Assembly: GCA_964188305.1 (NCBI GenBank)
Contig: OZ076903.1
Reading direction: 5' to 3' (one strand)
DNA from: Podarcis bocagei
Lineage: Eukaryota
DNA length: 64,000 nt
The position numbers and the translations under genes are program-made. The notes below the pieces were generated by a model. It made no database searches. It was not told the DNA's origin and was given only the letters and a program-made list of their open reading frames with translations. Shown one piece after another: positions 1 to 12,268 of this stretch; position 1 is the stretch's first letter; every line of letters starts with the position of its first letter.

Positions 1-757
1 CCTTCTGGGAAATGATTTATAATGAGTTAAAAAAGGTATTCAAGTATACCTTCCCCAAGAAACCAGAGGCCTTCCTTCTGGGCATTGTCGACCAGAAAGT
101 GTTAAAGAAGGATAGAACTTTTTTTATGTATGCAACTACTGCAGCAAGAATTCTCATCGCCAAACATTGGAAGACACAAGATTTACCCACGCTGGAAGAG
201 TGGCAGATGCAATTGATGGACTATATGGAACTGGCTGAAATGACTGGCAGAATCCGAGACTTGGAAGAAGAAACAACGGAGGAGGACTGGAAAAAATTTA
301 AGGACTATCTACAAAAACATCATAAGTTATATGAATGTTAAGAATTTGCAGGACTTGGAAAGTCTAGCTTCAGCAACTAAAATTTGATGATCTTGGAAAT
401 TAAGTTATAATCAGGAAAGAACCAAAGTTTAAAGTAATCTTTATGTTTATTTTAGGACAAAGGTAATTTGATAACAAGTATTTTAAACTTAAAGTATAAC
501 TATCTGAAAGTACAAAAAACGCATGAAACAAGGTAACAATTTGCTGACATTTTTATTGTAAAGAATGCAGGGAGAGGGAGACGTGGGGAAGTCCAGTAGG
601 TCATGGAAAAACGTTCTGGAAAAATGAATTTTTCTGTTTTACTGTTTTTCTTTCTTTTTTTCTGTTTTTCTGTTTTGCTGTTTCTGTTTTGTAATTGACT
701 TTATACTTATATCTGGAAAAAAGCAATAAAATATAATTAAAAAAATAAAAATAAAAG
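1..757 (+). mobile_element. L1-clade LINE 3' end: ORF2 C-terminus, 3' UTR and A-rich tail
   Basis: ORF 12..341 (…PEAFLLG…AARILIAKHWK…PTLEEW…W KKFKDYL) resembles the C-terminus of non-mammalian L1 ORF2; T-rich tract at ~630-700, AATAAA at ~725, then an A-rich tail. Confidence 0.8.
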
Positions 758-913
758 AGGTAAGTCTGAAAGAAAAACCATGTTTTCCCCACCTCCCCAA
801 TTTGATGAGAGGCCTCCAGCAGTTTGAGAAGCATAAGTGCCACAGGAGTTTAAATTTCCATTCTCCCAGGAGCAGGGAAGATACAGCAGGGCACTGAACT
901 AAATGCTAATTAG

Positions 914-1219
914 CATACCCTCCAACATTTATCTGATGAAAATAGGGACATCCCACTCTGTAATGATAATTTCACTATTTATACCCCACACTCTTGGGCA
1001 GCTTCCAACATATATTAAAAACATAATAAAACATTAAACATTTAATGCACTTGCTTATACAGGATTGCCTTCAGACGGCTCGGGGATAACTCCATACTCC
1101 CCCAACGAAAATAGGGACATCCTAAGCAAAAGTGGGACATTCTGGGATCAAATCTTAAATCGGGACAGCTTCTTTAAATCAGGGACATCCCTGGAAAATA
1201 GGGACACTTGGAGGATCTG
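914..1219. mobile_element. Non-autonomous DNA transposon (MITE, hAT-like)
   Basis: Imperfect TIR cataccctccaa / ttggaggatctg; internal aaatagggaca repeats; aattag flanks both ends. Confidence 0.6.
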
Positions 1220-4200
1220 AATTAGTGAATGCTATCATAGAAACATCATCCAGTTATTTGGGAGTGAACTTATATAGACAAACCTTATTAATGCTGAGGT
1301 ACATACCAACCAACAAAAGATGTATCCACAATCCATTTCTGGCTTTGCTTTATGAAGCCATCAAATTTTACCCACAAGGAGTGCTGCAGGGCAGGTGCCA
1401 GTAATGGAAGCCCTGGCATCTTTTTTCTGGTGGAGTTTCTTTCTCTCAACAGCTGCCAGAAAAACAGAAGTTCCACAGGTGGAGCTTTCAGCAGTATTGA
1501 GAGGCAATGAGGAGAAAATATTGTGGTGCGACCACAAGTGCCCCAAGTCTCCCAAGTTCTTGTTTCGTTTTAAGAAGGAACCTGGATCTAGAAGAATAGG
1601 AAGGGGCATAGGCACCTATTTGCATTGGAGAGAATAGGGCCATCATCCCTGCCCCAACTGCCCTGCCCTTTATTCCTGAAATAAGAATATTGAGGGGTCC
1701 CTTCAAAGGGTTCAGTTTCTTAAAGAAGACCCAACCTTTGGAGAGAGCGTACCTTTTAAGGCTCAAACCGGTCAGGAAATGAACAGCGACCAGACCAGGA
1801 TATTCCTGTAATCTGATCCACACCATCTCCTGCCCTGTGGAGGGTTATGGAGTCAATTGCCCTTCCACCCCATTTCAGAATGGGATCTGACCCTGAGGGG
1901 TCCAACCAGGGTGTCTGGTGCTCTACCATCACCAGCGCCTAAGGATAAAGTTCCTTCAGCCCTCCAACCCAATCTTCTGTGCACGCCTACATGCAGACTT
2001 TGTGCAGCTGATACTTTCCTGATCGTTGTTTCATCTCGTAACCACAATCCAAAGATCCCCCAATCAGGGATAGCCAATGTGGTGCTCTCCAAGTGTTGCT
2101 TCCGCCATCCTTAGACAGCATGGCTTGTGGTGATGGGAGTTGTAGTCCTGCAACATCCAGTGGGGATCACGTTGGCTACTCCTGATGCAGATGCAAAGAC
2201 TTCAACTTGAAGAAAGTGATATATGCAGTTCCTCGCTATTGCCACCAGGTGTCTCTCTGAAACTGAATAAAGTGGATAGGATGGGTCTGGAAATGGGCTG
2301 GTCCAGATGTATTGGGACCCAAGATAAAACATCCACTACAATGAAGGAGTGGGCATTGTTCTTGCACAACTCCTGTTCATCTCTGTGGGGATTCAGCTAC
2401 GGATTTGTGCTCCATGGGTCAGAAGGGTCTGTCCATCGTGTTAGTGGCACCCAAACTCTAATGCCTGAGGCCCCAGCTGCACCCCTTAGTCAGGCTGCTA
2501 AAATAGTGAGGAACTGGGCTGCTAGTTAGAACTGAGGACCTGCTATGGCTGACTGGTGTCCATTGGGACTGGTAGGGTGAGAGGCAGGGAGCCCAACAGT
2601 AGGTGGTGCCAGAGAACCCACAACTGGCAGAGACAACTCCTAGTCCCGCCGCCGCCCCCATCCTTCTCCCTGTGGAGTGTGCAAGGAGCAATTCTGGAAC
2701 TAAGGAGGAGAAACCAGGCAGGCAGTGCCGCCCCCTGGAGAGGCTGTGAGTGGGAAGGGAGGGCAGGTGGGGGTTGATTGAGGTTGTTGGGGCAGTGCCC
2801 CATTCCCCCAACAGATCAGCCTCTGCTAGGGCCTGGCTTTGCAGAATTACTGGGAGTGGGAATTAATGATGGGGGGCAGGGCAGGCAAGCCAGTTGCTGG
2901 CTCTCAGGCTGCATAAGCACCAAACATTTAAAGCACAAAAAGAATCCCAGGACTCGGTCCAGGACTCTGTGAAGGATGCATAATGGTGGCATGGCAGCTA
3001 GTAAAAGTACTGTTATTGTCACCAGAGCCACGGAGGGGCTAACCAAGCTAGTTGCTCCGGGTGAAGCCCCCAGAGAGTGCCACTGAGGCTCTCAGCTTGC
3101 GTGGGAACGCAAATGCACATGGGAGGGTGCCAAACTGGGTCGTTGACCCGGGTGGAATGAAGCCTTGTTTTGCCCCTGACTGTCACAACAACAACACCCC
3201 TTAAGAAAAAAAGAGAAAGGAACTGTGTGAAAAAAGTAAAGGAACAGTTCCACGGCCACTGCTAATGACAAGTCCTACACCTGAGAAAATGTGGGAGGAT
3301 TTCTCTGTCTCCTGGAGAATTAAGTAATATCTACCCCACCCCCAAAAAAGTTCTCTGCCCACAACTGGGATTGAGAAATTTGAGAGACTCTTGGCCACAG
3401 CTCCATTTAGAAGTCTTCCCAACCATACAATCAAAAACCAGAAGATGCAAGGAAAATTACCCTTTTATTACTTAAAAAGAAAAAGCCCGATACAGCAGAG
3501 TGGCACAGGACATGTTGTGAGGTGCCAACTAATCTCTGTGTTAATTATTCTTGACTAGGCGTCCTGAATCCTGTTTTGGCGCCCAGTTCTTTGTTCAGAG
3601 TCCCATCTTCCCAGAATAGGTCTCCTTTTCCTTAATCCTTTAATTCAACACTGTTATTTATGAGAAGGGGAATAAATCACAGCCTTCTTTTCGCTCCTGA
3701 AAATGGACTTTTATGGCTTTTGATGGGGTTGGGTTTCTGCTGCCCTTAGATGGCGAGGAGCGATTGCCATTAACCCTTGCCTTGCAGGGGTGAGAGAGGT
3801 TGTAGAGGGTGGGGAGGGTCCTTTGTGACTGGGCGGAAACTCCAGCAGCTCCGGCTAAGGGCATCTGAAGGAATGTGGCTTCTCAGGGTTTGTCAGGAGG
3901 AGACTGAAGGATGTTTTCTTTTCTGCACATTTCGAAGCACAAACTGGTTGTGGTTTGCTTTGCTTTCTATATATATATTTAAATGCTTTTAGAACCCCAT
4001 CTGCATTTCTGTTTTATCTTAAAAGTCTTCTGGTGTGGTGGAGGAGAAGGGATACGACGAGTCAGGGTTTGAGGAATTTTTGAAAACCAAGAGCTTTGTA
4101 ACTTGCATGCAAGTTTTGCCTTTCCTTGTTCAGATCCTTTTTAAGAAAAAATATTTTGTAGGCTTTTGAAGCTTAGAGACCAGAGTTTTGGTTTTAGGAA

Positions 4201-6973
4201 TTAAACAACAATAACTACATAACTTTCATGCAGTTTTGTCTTTCCTTTCTCAGATTCTTTAAGAAAAATGCTCTTTAGCCTATGATGGTTTAGAGCCCAC
4301 TGATAATGTCTTGCAGCACAAACCCAACTGTGTCTACTGAGAAGTAAGTCCTATTGAATTCAGTGGGCTTACTCCCAGGCAAGTAGGGTTATGATTGCCG
4401 TTGTCCCATGGTTCCTTGTAACTTGTGGTACAACAGTCTACATGTCTGTCAGTCTGGAGAAGGAAGAATGTGGCTCTGACCTGCTTTCCAAGGAATTGGC
4501 TTCTTTAAATAGAGCATTGTTCTTTTGCAGGGGACGTTGCCTCTATTGCTGGGAATGAACTGCAACCATTTCATCATGACATCACAGGGGAAGAGGAGCA
4601 GAGTGTTGCTTGATCCACAGCCAGGAGATCATGCTTTGGACTCAGATCTCTCTGGTCCGAGCTCAGCTTCTAGTTTAGCCATGGACTCACTGGGTGTGCT
4701 CAAGTATTTAAGTTTCTGTTATCCATCTGTAAAATGGGCATTGCCTGCAGATGTTGGGCACAATGAGATCACCTACATAAATGTGCTCGCTCCTCTATCG
4801 GCATGTGCAGACCATCTTTTGAACCTAACCTTTAACCTTTTGCTCTCCGCTAAACCTGGAGAGCTTATATACCAACAATGAACGCTGAACCAACCCTGAA
4901 TTTGCTGAGTGTGAATCCTAACGTAACCAGAGCAGCACCCTCTGCACAGAGGGAGGTGTCACTGGGTTTGGGGGAACCCCAAGGTTTGTGGAAGTGCAAA
5001 CAATTATTTTGTTAGAAATCTCTAAGGGGTGGTGAAGCCAATCCAGCGCTCGTGCTACGGCACCTCTCCTGCGCTGCCCTCCCTGCGGCCTTACCTTTCT
5101 CCCTCCAGTAAGCTCAGGGAGGTGGCTGATGAGAGACCAGGGGCCACTGTACTCCTTTCTGCCAGCCACCCTTGCCCCCAAACAGCCCAAGCTCCACTGA
5201 GCATGCTCAGTGACCGCAGAATGCCAGCAGACTGCTGGCAAAAATGGAAAGCTCAGGAGGGGAGAAACTCTGAACAGCAGTATTCCATGCTGCAAAACTT
5301 TGTTGCAGGTTCCATTTTTTTAAAACTAATGTTGGCCCACCATTTTGGCATGCACGCCTCAGAGAAGGTCTGAAGCAGGGGCAGGGCTATGGCTCAGAGA
5401 CCGAGAACATGTGTTGCATGCGGAAGGCTCCAGATGCAGACAACCAAGTAGCTGGTGGTAGAGGATCAGGCCCCTCGCTGCCAAAGTACTGGGTAGCTGC
5501 TGGTGCCAGTCAGAGCAGGTAATACTGGGCTCAATGGACTATGGTTGCTTCTACACTGTACCTTTAGAGCACATTATTTCCCTCAAAGAATTTTTGGTGC
5601 TGTAGTTTGTTAAGGGTTTCTTGGAATTGTAACTCTGACAGATAAACCACAGCGGCCAAATCCCTTCTGAGGAACAGAGTGGGTTTTAAAGGTCAGTGTG
5701 CATACAGCCAAATAGTCTGGCCTGGTATCTAAGGAGGGTATAAAGCACAAACCAAGTCCTGTGAGGAACCTGGCCCCTGTTCCTTGGGGTGCTTTGCCTC
5801 TCTAGTCATGGCCGGCCCACCCATGAGGCCAACTGCAGAGGTTGCCTCGGGAGGCAGAATCCCAGTGGGGTGGGGCCCCACTGAATAAGCAGGGAGAAAT
5901 GGCTGCAGCGTTGGCTTCTGGTGAGATTTGGGCAGAACCCGCAAGCTGCCGTCACACCACCTCAGTAAGCGAGGCTTTGGCGGTGGAGGCCGGCCCCTTC
6001 TGCTTGGCCTCAGGCAGCGAAATGGGACAGGTCAGTCTGGCCTCCTGTGCACTGAGCCGAGTCAAGAGGGCCAGGCCAGAGTGCAAGCCTGGCCTCATGC
6101 TGGAACCAGGCCTACACCTCCACCGTCTCCCATGTGGGCACGGCGCATGTCCCGGGGTGCCACACTGCATATGAAATGGCACCCTCAACTGTCCCCTCGG
6201 AGGAAGAACTTCAGCAGATGCCGCTTCTCCCCCAGTGCGGAGAGCCAGGTGGCCGTGCATGCTGCTCTTAAAGGCCGAAGCGAAAGCCCATCTGGGATCT
6301 CTGGGGCAGCAGTGGCAAGAGATTGGATTGTGAAGGGGGTGTGGGTGCTGTGGTTTGCTTACAGCTGTCCAGAGGAAGTATCTTGTTCCTCCATTTCCAC
6401 AAGACCGGCTGAAATTGTCCAGCTGTTTGAAAAAATCTAGGCAGCAGGTCCGGGGAAGGCCAGGGGTTGTGGTTGTGTGTCTGCATATGTGTGAGAGAGA
6501 ACAAGGACACTAACGAGAGAAATCCTGCCCAGCTGGTGGCATCAGGGTCCAAGAACAAGGGCTTAATGCAGTGGAACGCCCCTCCTCCTGGCGTGAACTG
6601 CAGCCAGAAAGGCAGGCGAGAGGTGCTGCCTTCCAAGCCAAGTGCTCCGCTTGCCAGAGGGAGCGATGCCCAAAGAAGGGAATATCTGAGCTGTGGAGCA
6701 TCGCTCTCCAGGACGCTCCTGAGCCGCTGCCCTGGGTGCCAGCATCACTTCTGTGCCAAGCCAGCCAAGACATCCCAGGAGAGCTAAACCCTAAGCTCAC
6801 CTTGGCCTCTCTTAAGCTCTGACAGCCATCATTAGCAGGCTCCACAAATCCATGGCGCGAGGGGTCTGGGACTGGCGCCATCAGAGCTCGAGTCAGGCCT
6901 GCCGCAGAAGCAAGCAAGGGGGCACCCAAGGAAAGGGTCCGTCTGCAGGAGGCATCAGCGGGGCAGAGACTAG

Positions 6974-7139
6974 GGCTGTGCACATTTAAAGCACATGCCT
7001 TCCCCTCCAAAGAATTCTGGGAACTGTAGTGTACCCTTCACGGAGCTGCGAATCCCAGCAACCCTGAACAAACTGTCTCTCGGAATGCTTTGGGGGTCAC
7101 GTTTTTTAAAGTTGCTTTAAATGCAGGGTGTATGCAGCC
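6974..7139. mobile_element. Short palindromic MITE (related copies ~5542-5709 and ~26900-27050)
   Basis: Shared motif tttaaagcac...ccc..caaagaa..ctggga..tgtagt; ends ggctgtgcac / gtatgcagcc. Confidence 0.5.
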
Positions 7140-7172
7140 TAGCATTCCGATGCACAAACAATACCTCTAAAT

Positions 7173-7953
7173 TAAGGTTACCAGATTTTTTCCAAAGAAT
7201 CGAGGGACAGTTTTTTTAAAAAAAGAGAAAAAAATATTTAAAAAATATATTTTTAAAAAGAGAAGTAGTATCTTCTCTTCTGTGGTCTCCTCTGTTGCGC
7301 AGCCTTCCTCTGGGCCTCGGCCTGCTGTCTTGGAGTGCTAGCTGCCATGAAGAAGGCTCGGGTCAGGCCTGGGCTCGGCCATGTGCCCTTGCCCTCCCGG
7401 TGCTCTCCTGCCTCTCCTCCTCATGGCAGCGGCACGGCAAGGTCAGGGCTCTCCTCTATTTTCTCCTTCCTCTTCCTTCTCCTCTCCTCCCTGCGTCGGC
7501 TCTGCGTTTTTACTGGCCCCGGAGCGCCGCTGGGCAGTCAGCAGGTTGGCTGGGCGCTCTGGCTCTTGGCTTGATTTGGGTCGCGGGGTGTGTGTGTCAG
7601 CAGTTCCCTCAGTTGACGCGCTGGGTGTCCCCAGTTCCCCCTCGGTGGTGGCAGTGCTTCTCAGCAGCCTGGAGCCAGCCTGGTAGCGCAGTTGGCTCTG
7701 GCTGGCTTCAGGAGCTGTTCGCTGCCATGGTGCCCGCCATTTTGCCTCGCCGGAAATCCCCATATGATGTGTCTTATGCCATAGAAGCAATCACACAACA
7801 TTCATTGCCTACTAATAAATCTACAACATTTAAAATATAAATCCGGGGACATTAGATGAAATCCGGGGACATTCTGGGGATGGATTTTGTCCGGGGACAG
7901 ATTTGTAAATCCGGAGACTGTTCCCGGGAAAATGGGGACGTCTGGTAACCATA
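7173..7953. mobile_element. hAT-type non-autonomous DNA transposon with perfect 8-bp TSD
   Basis: TIR taaggttaccaga / tctggtaaccata; TSD ctctaaat at 7165-7172 and 7954-7961; subterminal ccggggaca repeats. Confidence 0.85.
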
Positions 7954-10068
7954 CTCTAAATTAACCTCCAGTACAGCTCGTAAACAAAGTGTCAAAGTAT
8001 AATTAAAACGGGATTTCTTTTTAGCGCTCAAATATCTTCATGGGTAGTATTTTGGTCATTCGTAGCACAGCCCTGTGAGGCCGGTCAGTTTTATCATTCC
8101 CCTTTGGGCAGATGAAGGAGTGAGACATCAGGTTAGGTCTAAGGTGGAGCTGGGTATACTTGCGCTATACTACAGTTGCAGAGTAAAGCAGGGGGTTTGT
8201 AAGCAGCTGTTGGAAAGTCTGCCCTGGAAGGCACAGAAAGTTGTTGGGGTGGTGTGAGAGAGGAGGACATAAAAGAGATCTTAGAGTGGCTCCTTCAGCC
8301 TTGGAGTGAACCTGGTTTTGCAACTGAAGTGACAAATGTGCATCTTGGAGCATTGAACGCTGACTCGTCCATCAGTCATGCTCCCTTTGTCAATCCTTCA
8401 AGCAGATTGCCCCTTCTATTTTATTTCAACATCAAAAGCAACAAGAGGAGGAATGTAGCAACAACGAAAGCCAAAAGCAATTCTTCTGGGAACTGGGGGC
8501 TTGAGGGTGGGAGAGGGGTTTTGTGATGATTGGTATTAGCCAATTGGGAGCCTGCCTAGCTGCCTTTTGCTGTAATAATGTCGTTCAGAGCTCAACCTCC
8601 GGGAAGGGAATTACACTTGGACCGAACAAAATCCAGGAGCTTCTAAGTTTGCTCTTGCAAAAATGTCATGTCTGCCTTTGATCTTCTTTCCTGACTCCTT
8701 TCCAGAACATGTTTTGACAAGGCCAAGAATTGGAATCCAAACTTTTTTCCTTATGTTTATATTTCTCTCTCTTTCCCCACAAAGACTTCTTGTTGCCTTG
8801 CTGCCTCCCTGGTAGCTTACTCACATTGCAGACCCCAATACAGGACCAGCCCAGCTCCAACCAGAATGGGCAATGGCCAGGGATGATGAGAGCTGCACAC
8901 ATCACCTGGAGAGTGCCAGACTGGCTCAGGCTGATCTAAATGAAGGGGGAACCACAGTTCCAGAGATCACAATGCAAGCCCAGAAAACCTTTGGCTCCCC
9001 AGACCAGACTAAACTACAATTCCCATCACCCCTGGCCATTGGCTATGCTTGCTGCCGCCGATAGGAATTGTAGTTCCGCAACATCTGGAGGGCCACAGCT
9101 TCCCCACACCTGGCATAAAGGATGGGTGCTCTTTTTGTCAGATGCAGCCCTGGTCTTCCTGGATCTGGGTGTGGGAAGTGGACGTCTCATTACAGGCTGT
9201 TTTAACACACGGCTGTGTTCTTGGAATACGGTGGAGTCTGTGTTTAATTTTTATAGGTGCCTAGACAAAGGACTGCATGTCACCCCTGCCATTCCCAGCC
9301 CCCTTTCCTCCTAAGTGAGTCAGGCCAATTTTAATTTGCTTACTGGGTTTATTTCATGACATTAATCCACGTTGCCTTTTAAAACAAAAAGAAGGCAGTA
9401 GTCAACCACCAGAGGAAATTCATGCTAAGTATATCTGGTTCAACGAAGAGGAGTGCTGCCACACAGCCAAGCTGGACCAGGGACCTTCTTATTGCTGCCA
9501 CGGCAAATGTCCCTGGTGTTTTGATCTGCCTGCCCAAGGAACCAGGACTCCTGGGCTCCCCCCCCCCCCGTGATTATGCATTGAGCAGGTGGGGCAGGCA
9601 GCTGCGGTGGGGGAAATGTTGCCTCTGACCAATTTCTTCCCTCCCTCTCTCTGTACTGTCAGAGAGCCCTCCCAGCATCTGCCCTGCTGTGGCTTTTTTG
9701 ACTTCCTCTGTGCCAGAGAGCTGAGGAAGCTTTGCTGCTTGCTCTCTGCCAGCTAGGTGGAACCAGCTTGCAGCAAGTTGAATGCAGCAGGAGCTTTTTT
9801 TGGAGGGGCGGTGGAAGCTGCTCACTTGCTCAGTCCATGAGCAGCAGCTCTGCCCCCAATGCTCGCAGTTGCCAATAATATTCACACATGAGAGGGGTTC
9901 ACAGCTCGCTGAAAGCCACTCTGCAACCTGCAACCTGTTTCTGTACATTCCCACAGTTCACAAAAGGATGGGGAATCTACACCTTCCAGATGCTGAGCCA
10001 AATCCTCATCAGAACCAGCAAACATGACTGATGGTCATGGATGATAGGAAGTGTAGTCCAACAACCTG

Positions 10069-10205
10069 CAGCCTTTCTCAACCTGTGGGTCACCAGATGT
10101 TGTTGAACTACAACTCCCATGATCCCAACCTCACAGGACCAGTGGTCAGGGATGATGGGAACTGTAGGCCAAAAACATCTGGGGCCCCAAGGTTGAGAAA
10201 GGCTG
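10069..10205. mobile_element. Palindromic hAT-like MITE (actacaactccc family)
   Basis: Perfect 16-bp TIR cagcctttctcaacct / aggttgagaaaggctg; internal inverted actacaactcccat / atgggaactgtag. Many degenerate copies across the window (e.g. ~8990-9110, 10875-11000, 25690-25765, 26760-26895, 27280-27370, 35600-35685). Confidence 0.8.
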
Positions 10206-12268
10206 GGACGATCACAATCTCCTCATCTCTTTATTTGGTAGGAGGATAATTATTTTTTCTGAGTGTAGCAGCACCTGATCATTCTCTCCATGCAATAAAA
10301 AATACTTCTCCTGCTGACTGACTGCTGTTAAGGACATGGGAGCATGCCAGACTGATATTTTAAAAAAAGAAAATTTATGGTCAGTTGACAATCCTACTCA
10401 GTGGTAGAAAATGCACCCTGTAGGCGCTTGCTTCTTTCAAGGGAGCCTTGGTGTTTCATGAGCAAAGGCCTGCTGGAGGGCAGAACCTTCCTCACTCTCC
10501 TGCAAAGCGCTGCCTCACTTTGCATTGTAGGCAGAGGAAGGCTCTTTCCCCCCCTTGCCTTAGGCTAAGGGTTTTCCAGGAAGGGTGTGAGCTTACAGCA
10601 GCCATGCAGATTGCTCAACGGGTTATTGTGGCAGCTCTGCAGTGATTCAGGCGCCTATCTTGCAGAGTTCAGCAACAGCTGCCAAAGTTGACCTTCAAGT
10701 CAGCCCAAGCCCCGCTGGCGCCTGCAGATTGCGAGTGTGTTTAAGGCAAACAGTGTTTCAGCCCTAGACACCAACAGGGATTTCTCCTGTGCAAGCCAGT
10801 TAATTGACCATACATTGAGTGTGTACAGGAGAATTTCCAAGGGGTTGTCTCCCAAACTAGGTGTCCTAAATCAGCGGTGGCCCTCCAAATGCTGCTGGAC
10901 TCCCAACTCCCATCATCCCTGACCATTGGGCCAAGGCTGGCTGGGGCTGATAGGAGTTGTAGTCCAACAACATGCAGAGGGCCAGAGATTCCTTACCACT
11001 GCCAATCCAGGGTTAGAGTAATCTATATGCTGACTCTAAGAGACATAAGGCAGCTTCACAGTATTTTACAAGCTTCCATAAGATACACATTCAGGACCCA
11101 CATAGGAATTCCTCTCTCCCACCCACTTCAGTCCCATTCTAATTCAAAATGTATGAAAATATGAAATTCCCACAACCCTGACTTTCTGTCCAGTATGTGA
11201 TGCTTTGCAAGATCTGTGATGGACAAAGGACCTTTGTTGGGAAGGAAACGGCATTTTCCACTTTTAAAAAAATGTTTCCATATGAAGATGTCCTCCTTTT
11301 AGGATTGTGTGTGTTGTATTTGGTAACTAGGGTTTCCTGGGCAAGATGGGCATGGGACATTTCAGGCTTCTAGATGGGGAAGCACTCGATCAGGCTTTTG
11401 GTAGACCCTGTGCATGTTCCAGTTCCAGACATCTTTCTGCATGATAATAGAGAAAGCATTGATTGAAAATTCTATAAAATCAAGGAGAAAGAGCGCCTCA
11501 TCTTCCATCAAGAGTGCTGTGTAACAAGCCGTTCTAGAACAGTGTTTGAAGTGGTGAATCATCATCTGACTTAAAACAGGGGGGAAAGTAATTTCTATAC
11601 CTTAAAAAAGAGAGTGCTGTAACAATGGGTAGATTTAGCAAGCAGCTCAGAAACAGAGCCACAAACCATAAACTCCACTGCAGAATGCTTGGTTGTTTTA
11701 TCAGGGTATCTGAGGTCAAGATGAATGGGCTCCGCTCTGCTCCCTGGCAAAAAATATTCCACAACCCTTTTATTAAAAGCATATTTGAAATGAAAGTTCA
11801 GGTGCCAATTTAGCCTGGTTTAGTGGTGCCAGGACTTACTTTGATTTGGACACCACTTTGCCATTGTGGGGACCGTTTACTAAAGATCAGAAATATGGTG
11901 AGCAAGCAGTAAAGTGGATTTGTTGGTGTTTTCTCTTTCCCAAGCTTCCCCAAAATAGCAGTAAAGCATAATACACTGAAAAGCAGGTCACAGAGCTGGA
12001 GCCAAAGCCCATTCGGTACCAGCCTGAGCATACTTCCAGACAACTTGTTCACTGAGCATTCACCCTGATTTGTTTGCAGGGAAATTAAAGGGTCAAAGCA
12101 AGTGTTTCCCCTCACTCTCCAGCACTTTCCTTATCATGAAAAGTGAAGTCTTTGGGGGGAGCAGGTTTGTTGTACAAGACCTCGAAAACAACTTTAATTG
12201 TGCAGCCTGAAATTTGCCAGGATGCAGAAGCACCCCAGGACTCTTACCAGAACAGAAACCTTGGGGCC

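Noticed and set aside
7295-7840. 181-aa ORF
   Set aside because: Lies entirely within a TIR/TSD-bounded MITE, is low-complexity and has no transposase motifs.
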